Below are positions 53,418-63,983 of a stretch of DNA of 64,000 bases, piece by piece. The translations under genes were made by a program, and so were the position numbers. Origin of the DNA: Nitrospirales bacterium (lineage in GTDB: Bacteria > Nitrospirota > Nitrospiria > Nitrospirales > UBA8639); NCBI GenBank assembly GCA_963555755.3, contig OY820905.2, positions 3,200,001-3,264,000 of the forward strand, read 5' to 3'. The notes beneath the pieces are model-generated. The model ran no database searches. It saw nothing but the letters and a program-made list of their open reading frames with translations, and was not told where the DNA came from. The stretch's first letter is position 1. Every line of letters starts with the position of its first letter.

Positions 53418-54287
53418 ATGAAGAATGCATTTTTCAAGGGTCATGGTTTGGGGAATGACTATATTGCCCTCAACCCGAAGGATTTAAGTTTCAAACTGAC
53501 GCCGAAGAACATTCGGGCCATTTGCGATCGTCATTGGGGTGTGGGCAGTGACGGTATCTTGGCGTTAACGCCATCAAAGAAAGCCGACTTTGGGTTACGG
53601 ATATATAATCCCGATGGCAGTGAAGCCGAGAAATCTGGAAATGGGTTGCGGATTTTCGGGTGCTATCTGTATGCCACCAAGAAGACCAAGCGGCGATCCT
53701 TCAGCGTCGAGACCAAGGGGGGGATGGTGCACCTCGATTTAGAACTTGATCATCGAGGGCAGGTGATCGGGGCGACGGTCGATATGGGGCGGGCGTCATT
53801 TCACCCTCGTGCGTTGCCGTGTACCATCCGTGCTCCGGAGCTCATTCTTCAGCCGATAAAGGCCGTGGGCCGATCCTTACGGTTCACGGGGGTCAGCGTT
53901 GGGAACCCACACTGTGTGGTGTTTAAAGATAAGGGCGGGAAGTGGACCCGTGATGATTTGCTGCGAATGGGTCCGGAGCTCGAACATCATTCGATTTTTC
54001 CCAAGCGCACGAATGTCCAACTCGCCGTACCCACCGGGCCCAAGTCCATCTATATGTTAATTTGGGAGCGGGGGGCTGGGGAAACGCAAGCTTCGGGGTC
54101 TTCGTCGTGTGCGGCGGCGAGTGCCGGTGTGCGGCTGGGACTGATCACAAGCCCCGTGACGGTAAAAGCGCCGGGAGGAAGCCTTTTGATTACCGTGGAC
54201 TCCCAGTACAACCTGACGATGAAAGGCCCCGTGGCTGAGGTCTATCAAGGCCAGCTACACGGAGCATTTTTACAGAGTATGCGTTAG
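53418..54287 (+). CDS. dapF: Diaminopimelate epimerase
   Basis: K.HGLGND, NPDGS.AEKSGNG.R, GNPH, WERGAG.T.ASGS (Ser at both usual Cys positions). Confidence 0.92.
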   Translation: MKNAFFKGHGLGNDYIALNPKDLSFKLTPKNIRAICDRHWGVGSDGILALTPSKKADFGLRIYNPDGSEAEKSGNGLRIFGCYLYATKKTKRRSFSVETKGGMVHLDLELDHRGQVIGATVDMGRASFHPRALPCTIRAPELILQPIKAVGRSLRFTGVSVGNPHCVVFKDKGGKWTRDDLLRMGPELEHHSIFPKRTNVQLAVPTGPKSIYMLIWERGAGETQASGSSSCAAASAGVRLGLITSPVTVKAPGGSLLITVDSQYNLTMKGPVAEVYQGQLHGAFLQSMR

Positions 54288-54298
54288 TTTGGCACCAA

Positions 54299-54658
54299 GG
54301 GTCCGTCATGAAATAACCGGTACAATTGGCCGAGACGATTTTGGAGCGAGCCAAGGAGCGAAGAGCGCGCATACCGGGAGTATGGAACTGTTGAAAATTT
54401 CATTCCCATGGCAAATACATGCCCAAGAGGAGACAGCCATCATCAGCTGGAGGGAATGTTCAAAAAAGCACGCCCTGAGTCTTTCCGAAGGGTCTATCCA
54501 GCAAGGCCGCAGCCCTTTTGACGCGGCGGAGCGTACATCGAGTACGTGAGCACGGCAAAATGGCGACCTGCCTACGCGCAGCCGCTTCAGCAGGCATGGA
54601 ACCGCTGGCTTGTCAGCCGTAGCTTTAGCGAAGGCTGGCGGCTTTTTTCAACGTTCCC
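54299..54658. repeat. Truncated composite MITE matching 59513-59814
   Basis: GGGTCCGTCA.GAAATAACCGG left end followed by a GGGAATGTT element. Confidence 0.8.
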
Positions 54659-55317
54659 TAATAGTATTTCTGCTTGAGTACCACTTTCCCCACTGTTCGG
54701 TGCTTTTTCTGGAGGGGAATATCCTGGTAGGTCGGGTTCAAGGAATGAAGAAAATACGTCGTTCCCACTTTTCTGAGTTGTCGGAGTAGCACGGTCTCTG
54801 ATCCGTGTTTAGGAAGTGTGGCGATGACAAATTCATTGGGCCTCGGTTGAATATCAGGATTCACAACAATGATATCACCTTCCTGAAATTCCGGTTCCAT
54901 TTCGTTGCCAGAAACACGAAGGGCAAAATTATTGGTCCCAGGAAGATCGGCTTCTACGTAACCTTGAATAGACTGATGAGGCGGTAACGCTCCACGTTTC
55001 TGAAGTGTTCCCGCCTGTGTGTAGGTCAGAATAGGAACTTTCTTTGAGGTGGAAGTCGGTTGAGAGCTGGTTCTCTTATAAACGGGAACAGTTTCATTGA
55101 CTGTAGGGAACTGGCGGTGTTGCGTACTCAGTATTTTTGACAAGTCTATGCCAAAAAACTGAGCGAACCGTTCCAGCACTTGCAGCTTTTGAGGATAGAC
55201 GTCAGCTAAAATATTGTTAATGGTTCCTTGGGATACGCCAACCCTCGCTGCTAACTCTCTTTGAGTTAGTCCCTCATTTAATTTCGTCCTCACCAATTCT
55301 CGCAGATTCATGGACAC
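54658..55317 (-). CDS. XRE-HTH / S24 peptidase (LexA/CI-like) regulator
   Basis: HTH LTQRELA..GVSQ; C-terminal FALRV.GNEMEP..EGD; catalytic Ser/Lys appear substituted. Confidence 0.85.
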   Translation of the reverse strand: MSMNLRELVRTKLNEGLTQRELAARVGVSQGTINNILADVYPQKLQVLERFAQFFGIDLSKILSTQHRQFPTVNETVPVYKRTSSQPTSTSKKVPILTYTQAGTLQKRGALPPHQSIQGYVEADLPGTNNFALRVSGNEMEPEFQEGDIIVVNPDIQPRPNEFVIATLPKHGSETVLLRQLRKVGTTYFLHSLNPTYQDIPLQKKHRTVGKVVLKQKYY

Positions 55318-55906
55318 GAAGGTACTCCATAAGAAAAAGCTTCACAAACGAAAATCACCATGGTATTATTCATGGTTTTTGTGAGCCCGCCTGATGGGAA
55401 TGGTGAAGGAGAAGTGAGCCCTCATTTAAAGAAATGCAAATTTTGTGGTAATATTTATACGGTAAAAACGGGAATGCTTGTTGACCTAATGAAAATCATA
55501 ATGGTAGTCAATAGGTGTAATATTCGAAATGGGTAGGGTTGTGTGGGGAAACTGTCTAGGAATGATTGCAGGAATTGCTCTCTAGGATGTTGGCACGAAG
55601 GGGAATATTCCCCCATATAAAAAATGGAGAAATTATCCTGTGTCTCAGGATGAGACCAAGAGAAACCAACTTGAACGCCAATTACATTTATCCAATGTGC
55701 AGACGTTATTGCTGTTAGATCAAGCAGGTTTACTCAGATCACCCTTGTCTTCTGCACTACGAATGCAATTGTGTTGGGAGTATAGGAACTCGGATGTAGA
55801 AAAGTGTTTACATGAAGATGGGCATTGGAATCATGAATCTTTCAAGTATAAGATTGGTTAGCTGGCCCCACTCGCATAGAGTCGCACAGAGCCTAAGCCC
55901 CTGGCC

Positions 55907-56947
55907 TTATTTGGGAAATGTAGCAGGTGGCAAAACCTCCCAGCCTTCTCCGTTCAAGGCGTGCAAGAATTCCACTAAATCTTCTTTTTCTTGATTCGAT
56001 AAATTTAATGGCTTGATCACGGGATCAAGGTAAGGATTGGGGGTTCCCCCTTGATCATAAAAGTCGACTACCTGGCGCAAGGTGGCCAATCGGCCATCGT
56101 GCATGTAGGGTGCTGTTCGAGCGATCTCCCGGAGGGTCGGGGTTTTAAACGCGCCAAGATCTTTAGGGTTTTTCGTGACGGCAAAACGCCCGACATCAAT
56201 ATGGTCCATGTCCCAATCCACGCCAAGGTTATGGAACCGTTCATCCGTAAAGTTGAACCCAAAGTGGCAACGGAGGCATTGTCCTTTCCCAACAAAGACG
56301 CGAAATCCATTTTGAGCCTTGGCCGATAAGGCCATTTCGTTACCTCCAATCCCAAATTGATCATAGGCACTATTTCCGGAGAGCAGCGTACGTTGAAAGC
56401 TCGCAATGGCTTTGCCGATCAGCTCTACGGTAATGCCTTCTGGGCCAAAGGCTTGTTCAAAGAGAGGGTGGTATCCGGCGATACCCTTCACCTTCGCCAC
56501 CAGTTCGTCGTGATTGGCAAATCCATGCTCGACCGGGCTGACGAATGGCCCAACCGATTGATCTTCTAAGGTTGCAGCGCGCCCGTCCCAAAACTGGGCA
56601 GAACTGAATGCTCGATTTATCGCCGCTGGCGCACTTCGACCACCTTGCTGTCGGTGAATACCAGTGGACACCGGCTGGCCATCTGTAAAAGCCAAGGCTG
56701 GCATATGGCAACTGGCACAAGCGATCGTATTATTGGCGGACAACCGTTTGTCAAAGAAAAGCAGTTTGCCAAGTTCAACTTTGTCTCTCGTCAAGAGGTT
56801 GTCCTCGGGAAGAACGAGGCTTTCTCTTTCTAATCCCAACGGCAAGGTCAGGTGAAGCTCCATTTGGGCATGAGAGATGGTCATCCCACCAGTCAACATT
56901 CCGACAGTTAGCCCAAGAGCAAGGCTCCATCGCTTCTCCCATGTCAT
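55907..56947 (-). CDS. Di-heme cytochrome c peroxidase / MauG family
   Basis: CASCH and CLRCH; QFWDGRA; FKTPTLR; APYMHDG. Confidence 0.93.
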   Translation of the reverse strand: MTWEKRWSLALGLTVGMLTGGMTISHAQMELHLTLPLGLERESLVLPEDNLLTRDKVELGKLLFFDKRLSANNTIACASCHMPALAFTDGQPVSTGIHRQQGGRSAPAAINRAFSSAQFWDGRAATLEDQSVGPFVSPVEHGFANHDELVAKVKGIAGYHPLFEQAFGPEGITVELIGKAIASFQRTLLSGNSAYDQFGIGGNEMALSAKAQNGFRVFVGKGQCLRCHFGFNFTDERFHNLGVDWDMDHIDVGRFAVTKNPKDLGAFKTPTLREIARTAPYMHDGRLATLRQVVDFYDQGGTPNPYLDPVIKPLNLSNQEKEDLVEFLHALNGEGWEVLPPATFPK

Positions 56948-57132
56948 ACTAGACCTCCAAGTAGTGAATCGTGAGCATGCGAATCCACCGACTCCCGGAG
57001 AGAGTCTACGGTGAAACATTTTGGTATGATAATCGAAGGGAAAGCCTTCGGAAAAAAATCATTATCCGAGAAACGACGGTTTTACACTCAACTGCCGTTT
57101 CTAGGATTATACTTCATTGTTCCGTAGGCATG

Positions 57133-58677
57133 CTAGGAGGTAGAGTCATCGAGCACATGATTAATTATTTCGACGAGTGCTTCAATTTGGTAGGGTTTTT
57201 GAATAAACGCCTTGAAGGGGCTCCCGGCAAATTGCCGAACGGCTTCTTCTTCCGAGTAGCCGCTAGAAAGAACCACAGGCACATCCGTTCGGATCTGTTG
57301 TATTTTAGAAAATAATTCTTCGCCATTCATGTGTGGCATCGTCAAATCCAATAATACCGCTCGAATGTCGTGATGGTGCTGACGAAAGAGATCAAGCCCT
57401 GATAGGCCGTCCTGGGCACAGATGACTTGGTATCCTGTGTCTTCCAAAATTAACTGAGCAGCAAGTCGAACGTCATCTTCATCATCGATCACCAATATCG
57501 TCCCTTTCCCCGAGGGGGTTTCTTGGATGTCCGATTGCTGATGGGAGCTACCCTCTATTCCAAGTATACGGGGCAAGATAATCCGAAAGGCTGTTCCCTT
57601 TCCTAATTCACTGGTGACTTTAATCGCTCCACCATGCGACCGAACAATGCCCAGCAGTGCGGCAAGACCGAGACCTCGCCCTGTAAATTTCGTGGTAAAA
57701 AATGGATCGAAAATTTTTTCAAAATTCTCTGAATCAATCCCTATGCCCGTATCAATAACTTCAAAAAATACACAGGTATGATCCTCAAATTCGCCCCGAA
57801 CATGGCAGCCACTCAGATAGTCCTCCGTGACAAACATTTCTCCGGTTCTCAATGAGATAATGCCCATCCGATCGCCAATGGCTTCTGATGCATTGATAAT
57901 CAGGTTCATCACCACCTGACGCATTTGTGCGGGATCAACATTGACCATGGGAAGGTGTGAGGATAAGTCATAGACAAGCGAAATTCTTTTGGAAATAGAC
58001 ACAGCGAGCAAATGTCCCATTTCCTCTACGAGTTTCGAAACATGAATGGCCTGGATCAGCGGTTTGCCTCGTCCTGCATACGTCAGCATTTGATTCGCCA
58101 ACTCGCCTCCGCGAAGTGCAGCTTGCTCGATCTTGAGGAGGTGCTCTCGACCTGGAGACTCAAGCGTCATTTTCTTGGCCGCCAGTCCGGAATGCGCCAC
58201 GATCGTCATCAGAAGGTTATTAAAGTCATGGGCAATGCCTCCGGCTAACACGCCAAGACTTTCGAGTTTTTGCACTTGTTGCATTTGAACCTCGGTCCGT
58301 TTGCGTTCTTCCTCGGCGATTTTTCGAAAGGTGATATCCCGCAACGAGGCCAGGTAGGTGGACTCTTCCTCCCAGACAATTTCCACTATTCGCATTTCCA
58401 CTTGAAGGGTTTCTCCTTTTGGAGTGACGATGTCGATTTCTGTCGTATCTCCCACCAAAAGCGGAAAACAAAACTCTGTTCCCAACAGATCAACCCAGGT
58501 TTTCCCAAAGATGGCTTCGGCAGCAGGATTCACAAATCGAATCGTTCGATCTGATCCCACGATGACCATCCCGTCAACATTTTGTTCAATGAGTAGCTGA
58601 AAGCGTGGATGACTGGGTTTTAACTGCCCAAATGGTTGGAAGGGCGGTTTGGGATATAAAAGTTTGAATCGAGACAT
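57133..58677 (-). CDS. PAS hybrid histidine kinase
   Basis: LAGGIAHDFNNLL, FDPFFTTK..G.GLGL, C-terminal receiver. Confidence 0.93.
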   Translation of the reverse strand: MSRFKLLYPKPPFQPFGQLKPSHPRFQLLIEQNVDGMVIVGSDRTIRFVNPAAEAIFGKTWVDLLGTEFCFPLLVGDTTEIDIVTPKGETLQVEMRIVEIVWEEESTYLASLRDITFRKIAEEERKRTEVQMQQVQKLESLGVLAGGIAHDFNNLLMTIVAHSGLAAKKMTLESPGREHLLKIEQAALRGGELANQMLTYAGRGKPLIQAIHVSKLVEEMGHLLAVSISKRISLVYDLSSHLPMVNVDPAQMRQVVMNLIINASEAIGDRMGIISLRTGEMFVTEDYLSGCHVRGEFEDHTCVFFEVIDTGIGIDSENFEKIFDPFFTTKFTGRGLGLAALLGIVRSHGGAIKVTSELGKGTAFRIILPRILGIEGSSHQQSDIQETPSGKGTILVIDDEDDVRLAAQLILEDTGYQVICAQDGLSGLDLFRQHHHDIRAVLLDLTMPHMNGEELFSKIQQIRTDVPVVLSSGYSEEEAVRQFAGSPFKAFIQKPYQIEALVEIINHVLDDSTS

Positions 58678-59125
58678 CCAATCTCCTTGGTTAACCTCAC
58701 GATCCCTTCTGGCTTAACATCGTCGTGTTCCAGCTATGAACCAACACACTAGCAAAATGGAAAATTAAGTCAGTGTCCCAGCACGAATGGAAATCGTGAA
58801 CTACGACCCTTCTGCATTCACCATGGCCAGGCCTAAATGGCTTTGGGCATCTCCGCTTCTTTGAGCAAAGACGTGAAATCTCAGACAACAAGCGTAGGGA
58901 AAAAAACGAATGAAATGGTGGAGGCCGACAGCCTAACGAGGCTCTTCGGATAATAGAAAGGTGAGCTGATAGATGCCCATTGACGATACATAAATAATTC
59001 TCGCAAGGGCTTAAAATTAAACGGAAAAATTGAAAATATAAAGGTGTTAACCCTTAGTTAAGATTGTGTATGAACCTTTTGTTCGGCAATGTCAAGACTT
59101 ATCGATAGTACTATGTAAGTATAAT

Positions 59126-60059
59126 CCTAGAAACGGCAGTTGGATCACAAAGGGTCGCGCAAGCTCTTAGGACCTGCGAGAAAATAACTTGATCAATCTC
59201 GCATCCAATTTTCGGGCCATCTTTGAACGGGCCTCAATCGAAAAACCCTCACCATAGCTGTGCTATGCCTCGAGTGTTTCTCAATCGTTTCGTCCAAATC
59301 CGACCCAAATCTTGGCCCGATATTGATCAAGTTATTTTCTCGCAGGTCCTTAGGGCTCGCGCAAGAATAACTTCCCATTTTGGGGTGACGAGACACCTGT
59401 CTGGCAAGGCGCGAGGACTGCGCATACTCTTGGTATGTAAGGGACGAGCAACGCCGCCAGACAGGATGGATCGACGCTCAAAGATGGGAAGTTATTCTTG
59501 CGCGAGCCCTTAGGGTCCGTCACGAAATAACCGGGACAATTGGCCGAGACGATTTTGGAGCGAGCCAAGGAGCGAAGAGCGCGCATACCGGGAGTATGGA
59601 ACTGTTGAAAATTTCATTCCCATGGCAAATAAATGCCCAAGAGGAGACAGCCATCATCAGCTGGAGGAGGGAATGTTCAAAAAAGCATGCCCTGAGTCTT
59701 TCCGAAGGGTCTATCCAGCAAGGCCGCAGCCCTTTTGACGCGCGGAGCGTACTCATAGTACGTGAGCACGGCAAAAGGGGGAGAACGCCGCTGGCGGCTT
59801 TTTTCAACATTCCCAGTATGGAAGCGATGAGCAACGCCGGCGCAGCCCAAAAGCGTCCGGCCCTCCGGGGAGGCCCATCTTTGGCCTGGGGCAGCGTTGC
59901 TCCTCGGTCACAGAGCCCCGCTAGGCTCCATGGTCGCGCCTTGCCCCGATCACAAATCTGGGCCTCCCAATTGTACCGGTTATTTCGTGACGGACCCTTA
60001 GCGCACCTGGCACACCAATTTCTTACACGACTGCTTTGCATCGAACTGCCGTTTCTAGG
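59126..60059. mobile_element. Composite of five stacked/nested MITEs
   Basis: Outer CCTAG element (TSD ATAAT); three inner elements separated by TTA; one nested element with TSD AGTAT. Confidence 0.9.
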
Positions 60060-60198
60060 ATAATTTTCACTGGCTAGACAATAGTGAGGAGTAAGGGGTA
60101 AGGAAGTTAAATGCAAGGAGTCCTATCTTGCTCCTCATTCCTTACTCCCTCACTCCTTAACTTCTACGAGGGCCATGGGCACCGGTGAAGGTTTGGGC

Positions 60199-61449
60199 CT
60201 ACCCGTTGGACACCGGAAGGTAGATGGTGAAGGTCGTTCCCCTGTCAGGTTCAGAATCCAAGGAGATACGACCCTTATGTCGTTCGACAATCCGACGGAC
60301 AATAGTGAGCCCCATCCCTTCGCCTCCTCCTGAGGAAGGATTGAGTCGATAAAACATCTGAAAAATTCTTTCCTGATGATCGTGCCGAATGCCAATTCCG
60401 TTATCTTCAACCCCATACCTTGCATACCCGTCCTCTCGAACTCCCGTGATGCGAATCATGCCCTGACGAGTTGAGGAAACATATTTATGCGCATTGTCAA
60501 TCAGATTGAAAAACAGCTGAGTGACCAGAGTGGCGTCACCCGTACAGTTGGGGAGGTCTTCGATTTGCAGGGAGATCCCTTTTTCTTTCAATTGATACTC
60601 CATCCCCATAATGATGCCGGCGATCATGGCATTCATATTCAGTTCTTCAAATTTTAACGTGAGCTGGCCCAGTCTCGAAAAACGCAATAATCCATGCAAG
60701 AGGCTTTCCATTTTCTTTGCCCCTGCTTGGATGTAATGCAACGATTCCGGGATATCCCCCTCAAGGATCGCCATCACCTCCTGTTTATACTCAGGCGCGA
60801 GTTTGTGGGATTCGAGGAGTGTGTGAAGCCGAAGACGGGAATGGGAAAGTTCTTTGTTAAACCCTTGGATATTGATCAAGGGTGATCGAAGGTCATGTGA
60901 CGCAACATTGACAATCGTTTTCAATTCCTGGTTTTGCTCCAATAGGGTGCGATTGAGATCGGCCAGATCAAGTTCGGATTTTTCACGGTGGAGAATACTC
61001 ATCTGTAAGTCGGAATGCGAGTGTTCGAGTTCTATTGTTTTTTCCTGTAAGACCGCGCGTAACGACTGTTCTGTATTTTTTCTTTTTGAAAGGAAGAGCG
61101 CCAGACTCCAAACCATGATCAGGGCCAGAATCCTATTAAAAATATCACTGTGGTCTTCCTGAAAAGCTGGAGAGCCAAAGGCGCCAAGAGTGATCATGAC
61201 CGAACACAAACTTGCCGTGGTGAAAAATCCATAACGTGATGGTACCCACCAAGCCAACAAGATCACGAATACATACAACACCGGAATGGCTATGTTTGTG
61301 GAGAAGGTAAGATCCAGGAGAAGAATGAGGAGGCCAGCGATCACACCAAGAATTGCGCTGAGCCGTGCGTGCTGGGAATTCTGCTGAGAGCCCACAGCAT
61401 GACGAACCAGGGTCCCTTGTGTTGGCCATCCTTTGCCAAACTCATTCAT
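60199..61449 (-). CDS. Membrane sensor histidine kinase
   Basis: Four TM helices, ASHDLRSPL, NLIDNA, DNGIG, G.GMGL; the ORF-track extension to 61530 lies in a MITE. Confidence 0.92.
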   Translation of the reverse strand: MNEFGKGWPTQGTLVRHAVGSQQNSQHARLSAILGVIAGLLILLLDLTFSTNIAIPVLYVFVILLAWWVPSRYGFFTTASLCSVMITLGAFGSPAFQEDHSDIFNRILALIMVWSLALFLSKRKNTEQSLRAVLQEKTIELEHSHSDLQMSILHREKSELDLADLNRTLLEQNQELKTIVNVASHDLRSPLINIQGFNKELSHSRLRLHTLLESHKLAPEYKQEVMAILEGDIPESLHYIQAGAKKMESLLHGLLRFSRLGQLTLKFEELNMNAMIAGIIMGMEYQLKEKGISLQIEDLPNCTGDATLVTQLFFNLIDNAHKYVSSTRQGMIRITGVREDGYARYGVEDNGIGIRHDHQERIFQMFYRLNPSSGGGEGMGLTIVRRIVERHKGRISLDSEPDRGTTFTIYLPVSNG

Positions 61450-61451
61450 AA

Positions 61452-61591
61452 GGGCACCTCTAAAAACCGTCCTTTTCCGTGATGGCTGCGTCAGCCGCGT
61501 GCTCACATCCTCATGTATTCGCCCATACACTCCGGTTTTCCGCGCGCGGCTTCCTTGCCCTCACATAAATGCCTGGTTTTTAGAGGTGCCC
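61452..61591. mobile_element. GGGCACCTCT-family MITE (inverted)
   Basis: TIRs as at 24711; 4-bp TSD ATAA overlapping the kinase start codon. Confidence 0.9.
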
Positions 61592-61833
61592 ATAAAGAGA
61601 TGTGATGGGGATGAATGGAGTTACGTCTATTGAGGTTCAACCGGAGCCACACTTTGCCTCTGCCAACCGAGGATGTCAAGATATAAGAATGGGTCTGATT
61701 AAAAAATCGTCAGCCGTCAGACAGGAAACGGAAAACATGTTGAAAGACGAGATGCGAACGACGAAATACGAGTGTGCGGAAAAGATCATTTCGTTGTCAG
61801 CATCCAGGGGGCTATGATATTATTCAATTTTGT

Positions 61834-61908
61834 GGGCGATTAGCTCAGTGGGAGAGCGCTTCCCTCACACGGAAGAGGTCACTGGTTCGATACCAGTATC
61901 GCCCACCA
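61834..61908 (+). tRNA. tRNA-Val (CAC)
   Basis: Acceptor GGGCGAT/ATCGCCC, anticodon arm CTTCC-CTCACAC-GGAAG, GGTTCGA T-loop, encoded CCA. Confidence 0.97.
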
Positions 61909-62011
61909 CGTCACAGATCTCACGCACAAACCTGGCATTCCCTTGCGTTTGAACCTCTTTTCATTTGATTGTCAGGGTCAGGTACGACCTGTTTTCCCAA
62001 GGCTTTCTCTC

Positions 62012-63145
62012 ATGAAATGGAGCCGATGCGTATTGCTCTTTGGGGTCTTAGCCACCTGGTCTTCCTGCAGTAGTACCCCCCAGCCGGAACCCGGTCTTCC
62101 GCCATCAGCAAGCGACCTAGAACTGCTGGGTTCGACGAAGCTGTGTGACGACCAAACTTTGATTCTCAGCCAATGGAAAGGTACGGCGTTTACTCAAGAA
62201 CCATGGGGTTCCGGGGAAAAACTTCAACGTTTGGCTCAGAGCAGTCAGCCGGATCACGACCGTTTTTATTTCTTTAATGATGAAGGGATCCTTGTTGGGG
62301 CCATCTTTCGCTACGCATCTGGGTTGAACCTGAAACCCTATCCCGTCTTACGTCAAACCCTGTCTGAATTGCCTCCTTCATCTGCCTTCTTTCTTGATCC
62401 CACACAGCTTCTCCAGAGTACGAAAGCCACATCAGCGGTCCTCTATCGTACGGGTGATAAAACAACTACCACGCAGTACCTCGTTCTTGATGACGAAGAT
62501 CGTCCGCAATTACTCGTTGCCTCAATGGCCATTGACCCCTATGAACAATTGTTATCCAGTTATCAGGAAACGTACCTGCCAGGGTTAGTCCGTTCGGCAC
62601 AAGCCGATACAGAAAAAGAATCTGCGTTGAGCCAAGACAACAAGTTTTTGGCGCTCCAACAATTCGCTCGTGGAGAAGCGGCCCTTTTCTCGTCATGTGG
62701 CCAACGACAACCCGATGTAGCCATTGATGCGTATCGACAAGCTGTGGACTACGGGTTTAAGGATACAGTGCGATTGGCTGAATCTCATCACCGTCTTGGC
62801 TTGGCTCTTCGAGAAAAGGGACAAGTCAAAGAAGCACAACAACACTTGGAAAAGGCTTTGGAGATCAGACCCAATGTGCCCGAGGTCATCAATAATCTTG
62901 GCAGTGTGTTGGCCCAACAGAAAAAACGTGCGCAGGCCGTGACACTATTCCAACAGGCCATTGTGTTACGTCCCAATTATGCGCGAGCCCGATTTAATCT
63001 GGCCGAGGTGTTAGAGAAGGTGGACGTGCGGCGAGCGATCGAAGAATATGAAACCTATCTGGCCCTAGTCGAGGGCATTCCTGAAGAAGAGCGTCGGATG
63101 TTGCTCGTCGAAGAACGTCTGAAGCGGCTCAAAGGGAACCGTTGA
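62012..63145 (+). CDS. TPR-repeat lipoprotein
   Basis: Lipobox-like WSSC; C-terminal TPRs (NNLG..LA, ARFNLA). Confidence 0.8.
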   Translation: MKWSRCVLLFGVLATWSSCSSTPQPEPGLPPSASDLELLGSTKLCDDQTLILSQWKGTAFTQEPWGSGEKLQRLAQSSQPDHDRFYFFNDEGILVGAIFRYASGLNLKPYPVLRQTLSELPPSSAFFLDPTQLLQSTKATSAVLYRTGDKTTTTQYLVLDDEDRPQLLVASMAIDPYEQLLSSYQETYLPGLVRSAQADTEKESALSQDNKFLALQQFARGEAALFSSCGQRQPDVAIDAYRQAVDYGFKDTVRLAESHHRLGLALREKGQVKEAQQHLEKALEIRPNVPEVINNLGSVLAQQKKRAQAVTLFQQAIVLRPNYARARFNLAEVLEKVDVRRAIEEYETYLALVEGIPEEERRMLLVEERLKRLKGNR

Positions 63146-63350
63146 ATAGAAAAAATTTCATCATGCCGTTTACATGTGACTCAGGCTATGAAATGCCAAG
63201 AGCAATGGGGGATGTTCAAAAAGGTGCGCTCAGCAAGGCCGCAGGCCCTTTGACGCGCGGAGCGTACTCATAGTACGTGAGCACGACAAAGGGCCGAGAA
63301 CGCCGCTGACGCCCTTTTTCAACATTCCCCAAAGGGAAATAATCACTTCC

Positions 63351-63983
63351 ATGAAATTCTATGCGGTTCGGGTTGGGCGTTCGCCCGGTATTTATACGAC
63401 GTGGGATTCCTGTGCCACACAAGTGAAAGGATTTCCGGGAGCCGTCTATAAATCCTTCAAAACCCAGGAAGAAGCTCGGTTGTTTATGGGTGAGGAGATA
63501 GATGGGCCTCAACCGGGGACCGGGAGGGGCAGTACCACGAAGTCATCATCAACTGCTGTTCATATTTGGGTGGATGGGTCCTGTATCCATAATCATGGCG
63601 AAGCCATGCAACTCGGCTGGGGCTATCTCATTCGCGAGGGCAACCGGGAACTTCATCGCGCCAGCGGAAACGATATTCCCGAAGAGGCTCGGCACCATCG
63701 CAATGTGGCCGGTGAGATTCAAGCCGTGTTGAAAGCCCTGGAATGGTGTGGAGAACGCGGTATCCCCAGCGCGACCATTTATTTCGATTACCAAGGGTTG
63801 GCAGAATGGGTGAACGGCTTCTGGAAGGCAAAAATGCCTTTTACCCAGGCTTATGTTGCCACCGTGAAATCACATGGAATGGATCTTCGATGGGTAAAGG
63901 TCTTGGCCCATTCCGGAGAAGAGTTTAACGAGATCGTGGATCAATTGGCCCGAGATGCCGCCCGAGCAGAACGTAAGACGTGA
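63351..63983 (+). CDS. rnhA: Ribonuclease HI with N-terminal viroplasmin-like hybrid-binding domain
   Basis: FYAVR.GR.PGIY.TW..C..QV.GF.GA.YKSF; VDGS, NVAGE, DY.G, KV.AHSG..NE..D. Confidence 0.9.
   Translation: MKFYAVRVGRSPGIYTTWDSCATQVKGFPGAVYKSFKTQEEARLFMGEEIDGPQPGTGRGSTTKSSSTAVHIWVDGSCIHNHGEAMQLGWGYLIREGNRELHRASGNDIPEEARHHRNVAGEIQAVLKALEWCGERGIPSATIYFDYQGLAEWVNGFWKAKMPFTQAYVATVKSHGMDLRWVKVLAHSGEEFNEIVDQLARDAARAERKT

Noticed and set aside
55590..55606. Sigma54 promoter at TTGGCACG
   Set aside because: No GC at the -12 position.
54658..55861. Prophage immunity region
   Set aside because: No cro-like or structural phage genes; ORF 55640-55861 is unsupported.
59193..60116. ORFs in MITEs (also 2388-2853, 7772-8151, 41037-41462, 54289-54549, 63216-63512)
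   Set aside because: Spurious translations of non-coding repeats.
61834..61908. tRNA-anchored integrated element
   Set aside because: No integrase nearby, and no duplicate of the tRNA 3' end noticed in the window.
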